A DNA stretch of 64,000 nt from Fimicolochytrium jonesii (taxonomy: Eukaryota). How positions within the stretch are numbered: the first letter of the stretch is position 1; each line of letters starts with the position of its first letter. A program made the translations under genes and the position numbers. Shown here piece after piece: positions 39,936 through 50,734 of the stretch. The stretch is taken from the NCBI RefSeq assembly GCF_025526975.1, contig NW_026515692.1, positions 372,001 to 436,000 of the forward strand. The letters run 5' to 3'. The notes beneath the pieces are model-generated. The model worked only from the letters and a program-made list of their open reading frames with translations. It was not told where the DNA came from and did no database searches.

Positions 39936-40702
39936 GATGAGATGATGAGACAGCTACGTGGGAAAGCAGCCGCTAGTAGCGAGCTGTTCAATTTATATAT
40001 GGGTTGGGACAGTAGTGGGTAATGGAGTCCCGCTACATATTCTATTACTTACGTTACATATTTATTGCGTTCTCAGTTTTCAGCTCATCCAATCTCCCAA
40101 TCCGTGCTCTGCCAGAGACCACATACTTGAAGAGGGACATGACGGCAATCGTGAACTCTCTGCGGTCAGAGACGATCGCCAGGTCATATGTTCGGGTGGT
40201 TTTTATGGCAAAAAAGTCGCCTTGACCAAAATCGATAGTTGGGTGGGCTGTCTCCAGCTTGTCTAAATAGCCTTCGGAGAAGCAGGCCGACACAATCTGC
40301 GCATGACGGTGATGCAACAGAATCCCGAAGGCCTACATTGCTCAACCGGTAAATATCTCATTTTCTATGTTCAAACGTAACAAAAAAGGTGTACCTCCGG
40401 GTTGTCATGGTGTTTTTGCTCTTGGCCGAACTGTACGATGGAGAGCAACTCCGCCGCGACTTGTCCAACAATACTGTCCTCCGGTTTTCGGTGCAGCAAC
40501 CGTTTGCACTCTTTGAAAATAGGAAAGTGTGTGGGAGTTGCTTTGGACTTCGCCCCACTGTCGAGAGCTACAACCACGGAACCATCCGTCTTACAAACAA
40601 CTTCCACCGCATGCAGCCGTAAACCTTTCGAAAAAGGTGGAGTTCTGCTCATTCAAATGTCCCAAATCCCAACATTGTTTAGACATTGATTATCACAGGT
40701 AC

Positions 40703-41315
40703 TCAACGACAGGAGACTTGCCTGTTTTGCAGGGTGACGAGTCTGTCATCTAGGGTTCTAACGAACCCAACTTCGTCCAGAATCCACTGCAGATAATCGT
40801 TCAAGAAGTGCACAACGGCCGTCTCGTCTTTGTCTTGCTTTTCGCTCTCCTGCGACTCCCTGCTCGCTACGCTTCCCGCAGAGCTGAACTCCAATATCTG
40901 CGCAAAGGCCGTATAAATGATGGATACGGGAGTCGGGAACTGGCGTCGCTTAGCGCCCTCGCGTATCTCCGATCTGTCTAAAACGAAGAAATCCTCTGCA
41001 AAGGAAAGCTCTGAAGGATAATAGAGAAGAGAGATAAGCGGAGAGCTCATCTGCGGCTTCCAACGTACTGCCAATTTGTATTACCCGTCGTCGTAGGCGC
41101 GCACTCTTTAGGTACGACCTCAAAATGGTCATCGCACTGGATCACTTTGACTTTTAGTGCGACAGCGTAGCGGGCGTCCCACTTTGACGCTGACTGGAAG
41201 CCTGTCGTCTGGAAGATCTTGGTAAGTGAGACGGCTGGCTCACTATCAATAAGGTCTTGGAAACGGGCTACGGGCCCGTAGCGCTCTGCTACGTTGGAAT
41301 CGTGGGAGTATGTCA
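40703..41315 (-). pseudogene. Decayed hypothetical gene, paralog of 38735-39935
   Basis: Shared 5' sequence and TATA-like TATATAAAT upstream of both copies; the frame is split. Confidence 0.5.
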
Positions 41316-41777
41316 TGTTGAAACAGCTACGGAGGTTCAAGGAACGACCTGGGCGGGAGCTGCCCATTTATATATACATGACGGGGCTTCCGCACAGCCC
41401 CCGTTACCTTCCGTACAACACAACCTATATATATACACTTAGAGCATCTTTACCCGTCGCCGGTTCTTTCATAAAAGGACCTATTAGGGGGTTTCAAAAT
41501 CCCACTTTTCGCGATAGTTTGGGGCGTTTTTTGGGGCGAAACTATCGGTTCTTTTTGGGGGGTGTGACCAATCAGAACGCGTGGTGTTTTTGGTTCCCTC
41601 CACACTCCATGCCCTTGGTGGTTTTCATTTTGAAAGCCCCTAAAGTCGGATTTTGCGCTTTGCGTTGTGCGCACTACGCAGTTTGCATTTGCTCATCACA
41701 CAGCTTCTGACTGCGATGATGAAAGTTCGCTGTGCGAAGTGCGTACTACGCTATCTCGACTTGAACTATCTTCATCA

Positions 41778-42021
41778 TGTTGGAGGTATCATCCTCCCGA
41801 GTCCCCGGTTAGGGTTCCCGTAGTTTGTTTCCTCACGTGACTCCCCTCCCGCTTACGCCACGCTTCCGCATACGGAACTTCACTCTTTTCTTCCCTTTCG
41901 GACCTCGCGTCCTCTTTACACTTCAGACTTCTCTGTATTACATCTTATACCATACAGTATTACATCTCACCATTACATAGAGTTCGCTCAATCATCTGCT
42001 TCCTCTGCTGACTACTGCTAA
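41778..42021 (+). repeat. Putative 5' LTR
   Basis: TG start and position immediately upstream of the PBS; 3' boundary approximate because no second LTR is present. Confidence 0.6.
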
Positions 42022-42023
42022 GT

Positions 42024-42037
42024 GATTATGAGCCCTG
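42024..42037 (+). promoter_or_regulatory. Primer-binding site complementary to the tRNA-iMet anticodon arm (half-tRNA priming)
   Basis: GATTATGAGCCCTG versus GGTTATGAGCCCTG used by copia/Ty5-type elements (one mismatch). Confidence 0.8.
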
Positions 42038-42112
42038 GCTTCGCCCGCAACTAGCAGACGGTCCAGGATAAAGAACTCACGGTCTCCAGTCACCGCTCTC
42101 TTAGAAAGCACC

Positions 42113-44067
42113 ATGCCACCTAAGGATTCAACAACCCAACCTCAGAAGGGCTACGCAGCTGCTGTGGCAGCCGGCAAGCCCTCCGCTCACAACACGCGGT
42201 CCCAAGGAGGAGCACTCCTGGGACCCCTACCTGCGGCCACTAGAGGAGGAGGAAAGAAAGTTCAACAACACGCTGTTAAGAGTTCTGAACCCTCGATTAA
42301 TCAGCGCTCTGGCATTGACTCACGTACTCCGCTTAATCAAGGCGTAGCCCGTCATGCCGACTTACGCAGTGAACCAACACCTACCCCGCCTTACAAAATG
42401 CCTGGTGAATTTGTGGATGAGAAGAAGAGGAAGGAGGAACTTTCTGCTACTATTCCAGAAGGGAAAGACGCAACCACGCCATATGTGGATGCGCCTGAAA
42501 CACGCGGACACACCGGAACCGAAAACAACCCCTTCCTGATGGATTCCATTCAGGAAGAACCTATGCCTGTCAAGCAGGAAGAGGAGGTGATTCAAATAAA
42601 GGATCAAATAGCCAGTCTGACTGGATTAGTTACCTCGCTCTTGAATTCGGACCGAGCGCCACAACAAGGCGGACCTACCGTCCCCTCCGTGAACCCGCTC
42701 ACTCAGTCGCCAGTGAACAGCACTCGCTCTCATTATTCGACTAGCCTTATCCAGGCAAACGCGCCATATATGACCTCGGTGTCACCGGCACCCCATGCGC
42801 CTCCTCAGTGCGCTATGGCCTACTCCGTCCCATACGCTTATAAAGCCCCGGAACGGCATCCTTACTTTCAAACCCGTTCTCAGAGCCCTCCTTTCGCTGA
42901 AATTCCTCACGAAAGTGCATCTGTGGGATCTGTTACTCCCGTAACACCCCCTACGGCCAGCAAATCAGCTTCCAAAGTCTTCATCAACACTACGATTAGT
43001 AAACTCGGCACCTACAACGGCGACCCCAAAGTTACCAAGCTTCAAGGGTTCATTGATCACATCGACGTGATTATGAAGTACCAGATGATTTCGCCTTCCG
43101 AATGCGTAGATTTCGTCGTCAACGCGCTCACTGGACCAGCTCTCCAGTGGTGGAAAAGCCTTCCTGAAAACGAGCGCTTCTCCATAATTTCATGGCATGA
43201 TATTGAAGACGTCTATGGACTGCCTCCTCAACTCGGATTACGCTCCGCGATGTTAAGGCGCTTGATTCCCCGGACTCATCTGCCGCAAGTTCTTCACAGA
43301 CTGCGCGCTCTGAAGCCCAAATCAATTAACCATCAAGGTTTAACCAAATTCGTTGCCCAGTTCAACCTTTTGGCTGGACAACTCCCCGGGCTCCCGGAAT
43401 ACGTGCTCTGTGCCGACTTCCTTCAAGCCCTTCCTAAGAATCTTAGTACCCTGATCACTGCTCAGGCTCAGTACGACGATCTACTTAGTCCTTCTCAAGA
43501 AGCCGCGATTTGTATAGCCGCCCAGCTCAACGAGAAGACCCTGAGTGCGCCTCAGTCGGGCGCATCCGCTGCCCACGTTACTTCCGCTCTACCTCAGAAG
43601 AAGAAGAACAAATGCAAGACTGGCGGCTCTAGAGGCTCCTGCTCTACGCAATCCTCGTCTTCTGACGCAATCAAGAAACCTCCCCAGTGCAAATACTGCC
43701 AAAGGGAAGGCCACAAGTCAGAAAACTGCTTTACTTACAAAGCTGTCAAGGATATTATGGACAAGAACGCGAAAACTAAGCAGGACGCACCCGCTGCAGC
43801 CTCCATGGCTTATGCCATACACGTCAAGTCCAACCAGCCAACCATGACGTCCGCATCTTCAAGGCGAACGTGGATTCCGGTTGTACGGATCATATGACCC
43901 CCTATATCGAGGAACTAGATCCATCTTCTCTTCAAGACTACCAACGCCTTATTGGACTCGCGGATTCGACTACCATTACCTCTCAAAAGAAGGGTACCGT
44001 ACTTACCCAACCTACGTCCGGCGGCAACGTTCTCGCTCTTTGCGACGTTCTATTGGTTCCCAGTCTT
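42113..44067 (+). pseudogene. gag: Copia gag-protease, frameshifted near 43870
   Basis: 594-aa ORF with LTGPALQWW and CKYCQREGHKSENC. The gag frame reads TWI and the protease frame reads VDSGC over the same GTGGATT, consistent with loss of one copy of a 7-bp repeat. Confidence 0.88.
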
Positions 44068-44087
44068 AGGGTTAGGGTTAGGGTTAG
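44066..44087 (+). repeat. Interstitial telomeric tract (TTAGGG)3TTAG at the copia / recombinase junction
   Basis: CCCAGTC-TTAGGGTTAGGGTTAGGGTTAG-TCCATG. Confidence 0.95.
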
Positions 44088-44312
44088 TCCATGCTTTTAT
44101 CGCCGCGCATTACTGATGGTCATAATCTGTCCCATTGTTTAGTTGCTGTTTCGCCTGCAGCCACGCCAACTACACCAATATCGTCTGGTGCGGATGTTCC
44201 GTATCCCTCGCCGCCATCAGGAAGTGCCGCCTTTACGCCAGCGTCACACCCTAGTGGTACTGTTGGAACCAATGCTCCGTTATTCGAGCCGCGAGCCACA
44301 CGCGACTGTGAG

Positions 44313-46384
44313 ATGTCGGAGCAATCAACCCGCGAAACGAGCTTTAACAGAAGCTTCAACACCGAGTTCAACACCGGCACAAGCGACGCAGCATTCAGCG
44401 ATGACGAAGACACAATTGAGTCGGATCTGCGACTTTCTAGAAGGGAAAAAATGACGGATGTAGACGACGCGGACCTTGCAAACGGAATAAAGTCGGTCAT
44501 CAAATTCAAGTGGTAAGTACACTTGTAGATACAATCTTGGTTTCTTCCTGCGCCCTTTTTTACAAGGCGACTCAACTAAGCGTTGTTCTTGATACACTGT
44601 AGTTACACACTCCAGGACTTTGAAATGACGACGTTGAACCACTCCGAGTTCCACCACTTGCGAGAGTTTTTCAGCACCCCACGACCGCGCGCCAAAGGAA
44701 TCAACCGAGTGCGCAATCCTCAGACAATCGCCAAGAGTCGTGAACGAATTTGCGGGTTTCTCGGCTGGCTGAAGCAATCGGGACGCGTAAAGCAACCATC
44801 GTTTAAAGACTTTCACGACTTGGACCTTTTCTTGGTGAGCGTCCCTCCCTTATTTGACAAGTGACATTTTTGGTAATATGTCCATAACATTTGTCGCTCA
44901 CCTGGTCGGTTAGGACAAGTATGTAGAAGGATATCTCGTAGGAATTCGCGGGCTGTCACACGGCTCCGTCGCAAACGCCATCACAGCTGCGATAGATGTG
45001 CACAAATTTCTAGAGTCGGAATCGTCTACAAGACTGCCGGGAACAAAAAAGTCGATGAGCATCACACGTCTTCAAAGCTACCGAAACAGAAAGCAGACTC
45101 TTGCAGAGCGAGAGCGTCAAGCCACTGTAGATGAGGATGGATCGACAATTTTATGGGAGCAAGTTTGTAATGTGCTTCGGCAGTACACGCAGCCAAAAGA
45201 ACATTAACATATTCCACTCCAGTTTCTAGAAGCGATTCGCTGCCAGAAAAAAGTGGTCGACAGCCTGCTAGTTGACGCACAGGACAGCCGGCTTCCGGCG
45301 CAAGTGCAAAAATACTTGGCGCTCGCTTTCTACGCGGCAATTCCACCCTCCAGAAGCAAAGAGATTCGACTTCTTTTGGACCGAATCCTTACCGAGTCAG
45401 AAAGTCGAACCTCGCTACAAAATCACATCACCCTTGTTCAGGGGCGCCATGTGATTGTTGTAAGGTATGTGGATATGGTGGCGAGCGGTCATTTTTCCGC
45501 GGAACACTACCTTATCGTCTTTTGTTTCCACCCTCTTTTTCTTCCAGCGACTACAAAAACAGTCTTTATAATGGGACAAGAGACGCCATCGAACTCCCTG
45601 ACGATTCAAGCATAATTTTAAAGTATCTTACATACTTTCTCCAGCCGATAGTTCGTGCGCAAGTTACGTCGGGGAAAAAACACGGCTATCTTTTCTGCAA
45701 AAACAACGGTGACGCATTCGACAGCGCGGGCGAATGGTCGGTGTATCTCGCCAGGATTGTCGAAAAGCACATCGGAATCGCCAACATTTCCAGTAACGCC
45801 TTGCGCCATTCTTTCACGACGTATATGGAGTCTGCAGTGGAAAGTGACCATGTTCGGCTACGCGAGAGCACCGCGTACGCAATGCGCCATAACATCAGGT
45901 ATAGTACCGCAATGGCTATCTGCGGAGTGTGAGGACAGTATCGGGACTGAATTCTTGACATCTGTAAAGGATCCAGCAACACACATACAACAACACCCCG
46001 TCTATAGAACGCAAAAGAAAAGCGGTCGACTTTGCTAGTCGCGTGTTCAAGCGCATAGTGCTGGAAGATTCGGCAACAGAAGCGGACTCCGACAACGGCG
46101 CACCACCCCTTGGAGCACTTGTAGGAACGAAACTGCTAAATGGACGACCTGGATTTGGAAAAGTAGTGCGTATCGAGAACGCCGACGCCATCATAATGCT
46201 ATTAACGCCGCGCCAGACCGAAGGGGCAACTTTGAGCGAATATGTCGCTGACATCGGAAGTCTATTACGACGCAACATAGCTAGGGAGATTCTTTATCCT
46301 ATTGATGGTGTTTATACTAGAGAGCAAGGGGTGTATGAGGTCTTTACGTCTTTAGAAGATGTGAAAAGGATGTTGGTACGGTAG
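44313..46384 (+). CDS. Tyrosine recombinase, OLV11/Polinton-like-virus type; exons 44313-44512, 44603-44834, 44914-45162, 45223-45464, 45548-45898, 45970-46384 (562 aa from this ATG)
   Basis: Five GT-AG introns keep a single open frame. Catalytic motifs PPSRSKE (R), SDYKN (K), NALRHSFTT, AYAMRHN and IQQHTYN (Y). The frame is open upstream to about 44143, so the gene may be 5'-truncated. Confidence 0.88.
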
Positions 46385-46437
46385 CTGTCGATTCGTGGGA
46401 GCTTTGACGCGTGACGCGTGACGAGCTGTTAACAGCA

Positions 46438-46850
46438 ATGAAAAAAGCGATTGTCCAATTTCAGCGATTGGAATTGTGTTAAGGAATGAAAGAGCGATTG
46501 CGACGCTCAAGGGGGATACGATTGAAAGGGGGGGGGGGGGGGGGTGAAAGAGCGATCGTCAGCTATGGGCTTTGTACTAAAGAATGAAAGAATGAATGAA
46601 AGAGCGATTGTCGCGTTAAGATCGACACGATGAAAGGGAAGAAAGAACGATTGTCGCGTTAAGGTCACACGCACGATGAAAGGGGATGAAAGAGTGATTG
46701 TTCCTTTCAAAGTCAACAGGATGAAAGGGGAAGAAAGAGTGATTGTTCCATTCAAAGTCAACACGATGAAAGGGGAAGAAAGAGCGATTGTTCCATTCAA
46801 AGTCAACACGATGAAAGGGGAAGAAAGAGCGATTGTCCCTTTGATGTCAG
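46438..46850 (+). repeat. Array of about ten AAAGAGCGATTG-like motifs, including five tandem units of about 45 bp
   Basis: ACACGATGAAAGGGGAAGAAAGAGCGATTGTTCCATTCAAAGTCA repeated over 46626-46850; dispersed cores near 46442, 46489, 46547 and 46599; G-run 46527-46544. Confidence 0.92.
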
Positions 46851-47651
46851 CTTTTTTCTTGACCCTAGATAGAAAAGATAGATGTCCTTTTTTATCTTTG
46901 GTTATGGATTTAAATCTGTTGATTTTGCAAATTTGTATTTCTAAGTTTCTATAAGTTCTACATGACGGCGTGACTAGAAAACGGATTTTGCTATAAGGCA
47001 TCCAGGTCTGTAGGGTCAAAACAGTTGAGTTTCTTCCGCTCCCTGCCGCCTCTCTGATCAGATGGTTTCATTTTAAATCCTTTGTGAACAAGGGCAACTG
47101 AGCTTCGTCCAATATCCCCATTTAATTCTGAATCAGGTTGAAGAGGGCACTCAATGGCTTGCTGATTGTCGAAAAGGAGAAATTGTTTTCGATGGCGAGC
47201 GTATATACGAGTAATTGGAAGCCGTCTCGGTGACTAACCTGGGGGAGCCCAGTTTAAGGTTTTTCTCAAGGAGTTTAATACTTTCGTTGAACCACGCGCC
47301 CTGGCTCAGGCGAGTGATTTGGACGGTTATCTTTGCAGACATGTTTTGCATAATTGTTAATATGTAAAGGTTTACTAAATGTAAATAGCATCATATCTTT
47401 AAATACTGTTTTTGCAACACGCGGAGCGTCACTTGTTTGAGCGTTTAACTTAAAGAGAAACTAACCGACATCTACCGTCTGCATAGCGCACTTGCCCCTC
47501 CCCCCCCCCCCCCCTCTCATGGAGCGGTATTTTGGAGCACCGCGCTTTTCCAGACTCTTGCAGGCTTTGGATGAGAAAGGAGAAATTGGCGTTCAATAGT
47601 TCATATACTGCTTAGTCAGCACGAGCACCTTGGTGTTTTGGACAGGATGTT

Positions 47652-48104
47652 CTAATCTTCGGGCAGGAACACAAAAGCAAAGCCTTCGCAGAAATCTAGT
47701 TGGTCGTATTTCTTGATACAAGCAAGTGCAATGACGCCAGTGGGGTTATTAAGGATTTCATCATAAGTTTCTTTCCCAAAGCTTGGCACCAATTCTTGAA
47801 AGAAGTCAGCCGCAGAATAAACTGGATACAAGCCTTTGGTCCCTTCAAAACAGAATTTATACACCGGTTTGGCACTTCTAGAACACGCTTCTCTTGCGCT
47901 TTCACGCACGGCGTAATGTGCGTCCTGAAGTCTGTAATGGAAGTAGTCATACATCCTGCTTAAACGTTTTTGTTTCCTTTTGCTGCATGATTTGAACAAG
48001 TCGTTTCCGATGCGATGGTCTCCGTGCACTGGATAGCGCACCGTATCGACAAATTCCCAGAATTCACTTTCAAGCTCCAGCTGCGTGCGTTTTGTTTTGG
48101 TCAT
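47652..48104 (-). CDS. Hypothetical protein (150 aa, intronless)
   Basis: ATG-started ORF with an AT-rich upstream region. Confidence 0.6.
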   Translation of the reverse strand: MTKTKRTQLELESEFWEFVDTVRYPVHGDHRIGNDLFKSCSKRKQKRLSRMYDYFHYRLQDAHYAVRESAREACSRSAKPVYKFCFEGTKGLYPVYSAADFFQELVPSFGKETYDEILNNPTGVIALACIKKYDQLDFCEGFAFVFLPED

Positions 48105-48194
48105 TATGTGTTTATTAAATGTATATAACCGTATATCTTCAAATAGACTTTTTGCAACGCGCCGTTTCCCAATTTATACAAATAATCGACGCGA

Positions 48195-48362
48195 AACCGA
48201 TGCAAAATCTGATGTAACATGCGCCGAAAACCGATGCAAATTCCGCATCAAAACCGATGCAACTATTGTCTCCATATATAAGCAACCAATCCGATGCAAA
48301 TTACATAGGTGATTTCATATCCGGTGCAAATGACAGAACATGACCTCATATCCGATGCAAGT
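48195..48362 (+). repeat. Six to seven dispersed CCGATGCAA motifs in a divergent intergenic region
   Basis: Copies near 48197, 48231, 48254, 48291, 48321 (CCGGTGCAA) and 48352, plus degenerate CTGATGTAA; TATAAAA follows at about 48372. Confidence 0.85.
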
Positions 48363-48417
48363 CTAGGACTATATAAAAGAGGGTTTTCTGCTGTTTTTCG
48401 TTGAAGAAATAAATACA

Positions 48418-48777
48418 ATGAGCGACAAAAACATCTGCGGGTGCATAAGAAAATGCGAATGCGACGATGAATTGAAAGCGAAAATGGTCATCGTTGCCAA
48501 TGTTGGAGATATAGTAAATCTTATAGAAGGAGTTTGTAGTGACATTCACCTGGCGGCATCTGTCACACAAGATGCACAGCAGCTTGCAGGGGTATGCAGC
48601 GGTGAGACTGAAGAGTGACTGGGCTCGCTGCTCTACCATTTAAGGAGCCCTATGATTGTGGATTACACAAAAGCGCTGCTGAAGACCGCGCGCGAGCTTC
48701 AAGAGCTTTTGATATCAGGTAACGAGGTACACAGATATGTCAGTGCGATTTACTTCCCGCCGCCTAAACGTAGATAG
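48418..48777 (+). pseudogene. Hypothetical ORF interrupted by one in-frame TGA (48616)
   Basis: The frame continues LGSLLYHL..PPPKRR to TAG at 48775-48777. Confidence 0.5.
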
Positions 48778-49189
48778 ACTACACTATGTTTGTATTTTTG
48801 CTAATGTTTAAAATCACATGTTTCGTAATTATTGCTTTTATTCTCAATATTTGCGAACCCATGCTGCACGTGGCTGCCCCAAAACATTTCCTGGACCGTT
48901 AGATGAAACAAACGTCTTTTAATAACGAGATGGTAATTTTGTACTTTACTCGCATGGGCACGCCGCCTTTTGCTCTTCTGCTTTTTTCACTCATTCGGTA
49001 GTGTGTTTTCAGCTATTTTTTGAGACCGTCATGTTGTTGCGCTGTCGATTTTGCAATTAGTCAGCTGAGGCACCAAGGTGTGCGTTTTTGGGTCCAAGAT
49101 TGTGCTTTTTCTCCTATTGTTTACCTCGTTGATACAGCCCGACTAATGGCTTGGTTCCTGAAGGTAGGTTTCCTGGGCATCTCATACTT

Positions 49190-49702
49190 TTATAACAAGT
49201 CTTCTCTTACCCGCCGCAAGTCACTACAGATACAGGGGTCCGCACCGTCCTCAATATCCGCGATGTCGATGTTGCTTTCCTCGCAAAGATCATACATCTG
49301 TTTGAGACAATGGTCGTGATGTTCCGCTTTTTCACGGAGTCGATTCCATCCCTCATAAAGAACCTCACCCCGGTTTTTGCGTAGTATTTCCAGAATATCC
49401 TCAAACGACTCATAAAGGGACCACGAGTTCACTCCCAATGCAACAATCGTTCTTTGATACGCATAATTCCTGTTACAGAGCTGTCGGGCAATGCACATAC
49501 ACGTCGCGCTTTTCGACAGATTGTCGTGTGCCTTTTTTAGATCGTTCATTGACTCAATTATTGTGTTTTCCTGCAGTCCCCGGAGTTCTTCTTTCAGCCG
49601 GGACACCTCTGCCTGTAGGTCCTGGTGTTCGTTTTGCTGTTCGTCTTGTTCTCTGTTTGTCTCAGCGTCACCTTTCTTTATGTTTTCTGGTTTTTCCGAC
49701 AT
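49190..49702 (-). CDS. Hypothetical coiled-coil protein (170 aa)
   Basis: LQAEVSRLKEELRGLQENTIIESMNDLK heptad pattern; intronless. Confidence 0.6.
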   Translation of the reverse strand: MSEKPENIKKGDAETNREQDEQQNEHQDLQAEVSRLKEELRGLQENTIIESMNDLKKAHDNLSKSATCMCIARQLCNRNYAYQRTIVALGVNSWSLYESFEDILEILRKNRGEVLYEGWNRLREKAEHHDHCLKQMYDLCEESNIDIADIEDGADPCICSDLRRVREDLL

Positions 49703-49838
49703 TTAGCGGATTTGGATATGATAGACACTTACTTTTTAATTATAGGTTCGCAAGCGCACCTATTTCTCCCCGCAGGAAAAAAACTAGGAGAGATGATATA
49801 CAGCTAGTGCTTTTATATCTATAACAAAAGACGATCAG

Positions 49839-50714
49839 ATGTCAGACCCCTCTATAGAAAACGCGATGGAAAACGCAGTCATCACAATCGAGCAGCGCAT
49901 CGACAAAGACCTGATGAGCTGTGTCATCTGTTTGGATGAGCTCGACTTTCCCATTATTCAATGCTCAAATGGACCGCATTTTATATGTGCGGCGTGCGTT
50001 CCAAGAATCGACAAATGCCCAGTTTGTATGAGCGGAGGCTTCCTACACAATCGTCACCTCGAAAACCAGCTGATGCCCTTTGCAACATCTTGCACGGTCC
50101 CAGGCTGCGATCGCAAGTGCCTTCCTTGGGCAATAAAAAGTCATGAGCGCCGATGCGCTCATAGCTTATTTCCCTGCTTTATCTGCGGGAAACAGGTCTC
50201 TCTCCATGGTCTCGCAAAGCATTACAGCAGCGAATGCTCATGTGTGTATCAGGTGCACGACCGTTCAGGGCATCAAAGAGAAAGCCTTTTAACAATAGGC
50301 AGCTTGCATCCCGTCTTGCCTTTAAGAGACGAAAACAGCATATGCCTCTACTCTCAGGGCGTTAACCTTTTATGCAAGCCGATAGGTGGGAACTTAAGCG
50401 AGCACCCTTATTGGGGCGTCGTTGCTGTACAAAAGCCGCGCAACACGCCGACAGCAGAACCTCCTTTTGTAACGCTTCGCGTCCACGACAAGACTGGGCA
50501 ATCTTTGTCGTTTTTGTCGGTAACAATCAGAGCATTTAACGAGCTGAAACACGTTACGGCAGCGCATGCAGCCCTTATCCCCGCCATCAGCAATGACACG
50601 GAGCTCCATTGTAGCGTTCAAAGCAATAACATCTGGTTTTCCCCGCTATCAGGCATCCACTACGACGATGCGACAGATAATGACGATGACCTCGACAACG
50701 ACGATGCGACATGA
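49839..50714 (+). CDS. SINA/SIAH-like RING E3 ubiquitin ligase
   Basis: CVICLDELDFPIIQCSNGPHFICAAC..CPVC (RING) followed by NRHLE and SIAH-type zinc fingers (C..PGC..HERRC..PC..H). Confidence 0.82.
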   Translation: MSDPSIENAMENAVITIEQRIDKDLMSCVICLDELDFPIIQCSNGPHFICAACVPRIDKCPVCMSGGFLHNRHLENQLMPFATSCTVPGCDRKCLPWAIKSHERRCAHSLFPCFICGKQVSLHGLAKHYSSECSCVYQVHDRSGHQRESLLTIGSLHPVLPLRDENSICLYSQGVNLLCKPIGGNLSEHPYWGVVAVQKPRNTPTAEPPFVTLRVHDKTGQSLSFLSVTIRAFNELKHVTAAHAALIPAISNDTELHCSVQSNNIWFSPLSGIHYDDATDNDDDLDNDDAT

Positions 50715-50734
50715 CATGAAAAATGTGCTAATTT

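Larger units (their letters stand above)
41778..44067 (+). mobile_element. 3'-truncated Ty1/copia LTR retrotransposon (5' LTR, PBS, gag, protease)
   Basis: LTR starts TGTTGG at 41778; PBS; gag with CCHC knuckle; protease DSGCTDHMT and LCDVLLVPSL. No integrase, RT or 3' LTR in the window. Confidence 0.92.

Noticed and set aside
43860..43900. Programmed gag-pol frameshift
   Set aside because: Residues of the W-I-x-D-S-G motif overlap on the same bases, which is better explained by a small deletion.
43870..44516. Spliced copia protease-recombinase fusion through the GTTAG donors
   Set aside because: All donors in the telomeric tract are phase 0 in the protease frame while the recombinase exon needs phase 1; the protease is also frameshifted from gag.
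44313..46384. Starship captain (DUF3435) or Crypton assignment
   Set aside because: Motifs (PPxR, YK, NxLRH, AxxMxH, QxxY) resemble viral OLV11-like enzymes more closely; this needs HMM confirmation.
46438..46850. CRISPR-like array
   Set aside because: Most spacers are near-identical, repeats are short and degenerate, there are no cas genes, and the context is eukaryotic.
46507..47019. 170-aa ORF with repeated GTIALSSPFIVLTL
   Set aside because: It is merely the translation of the 45-bp tandem repeat.
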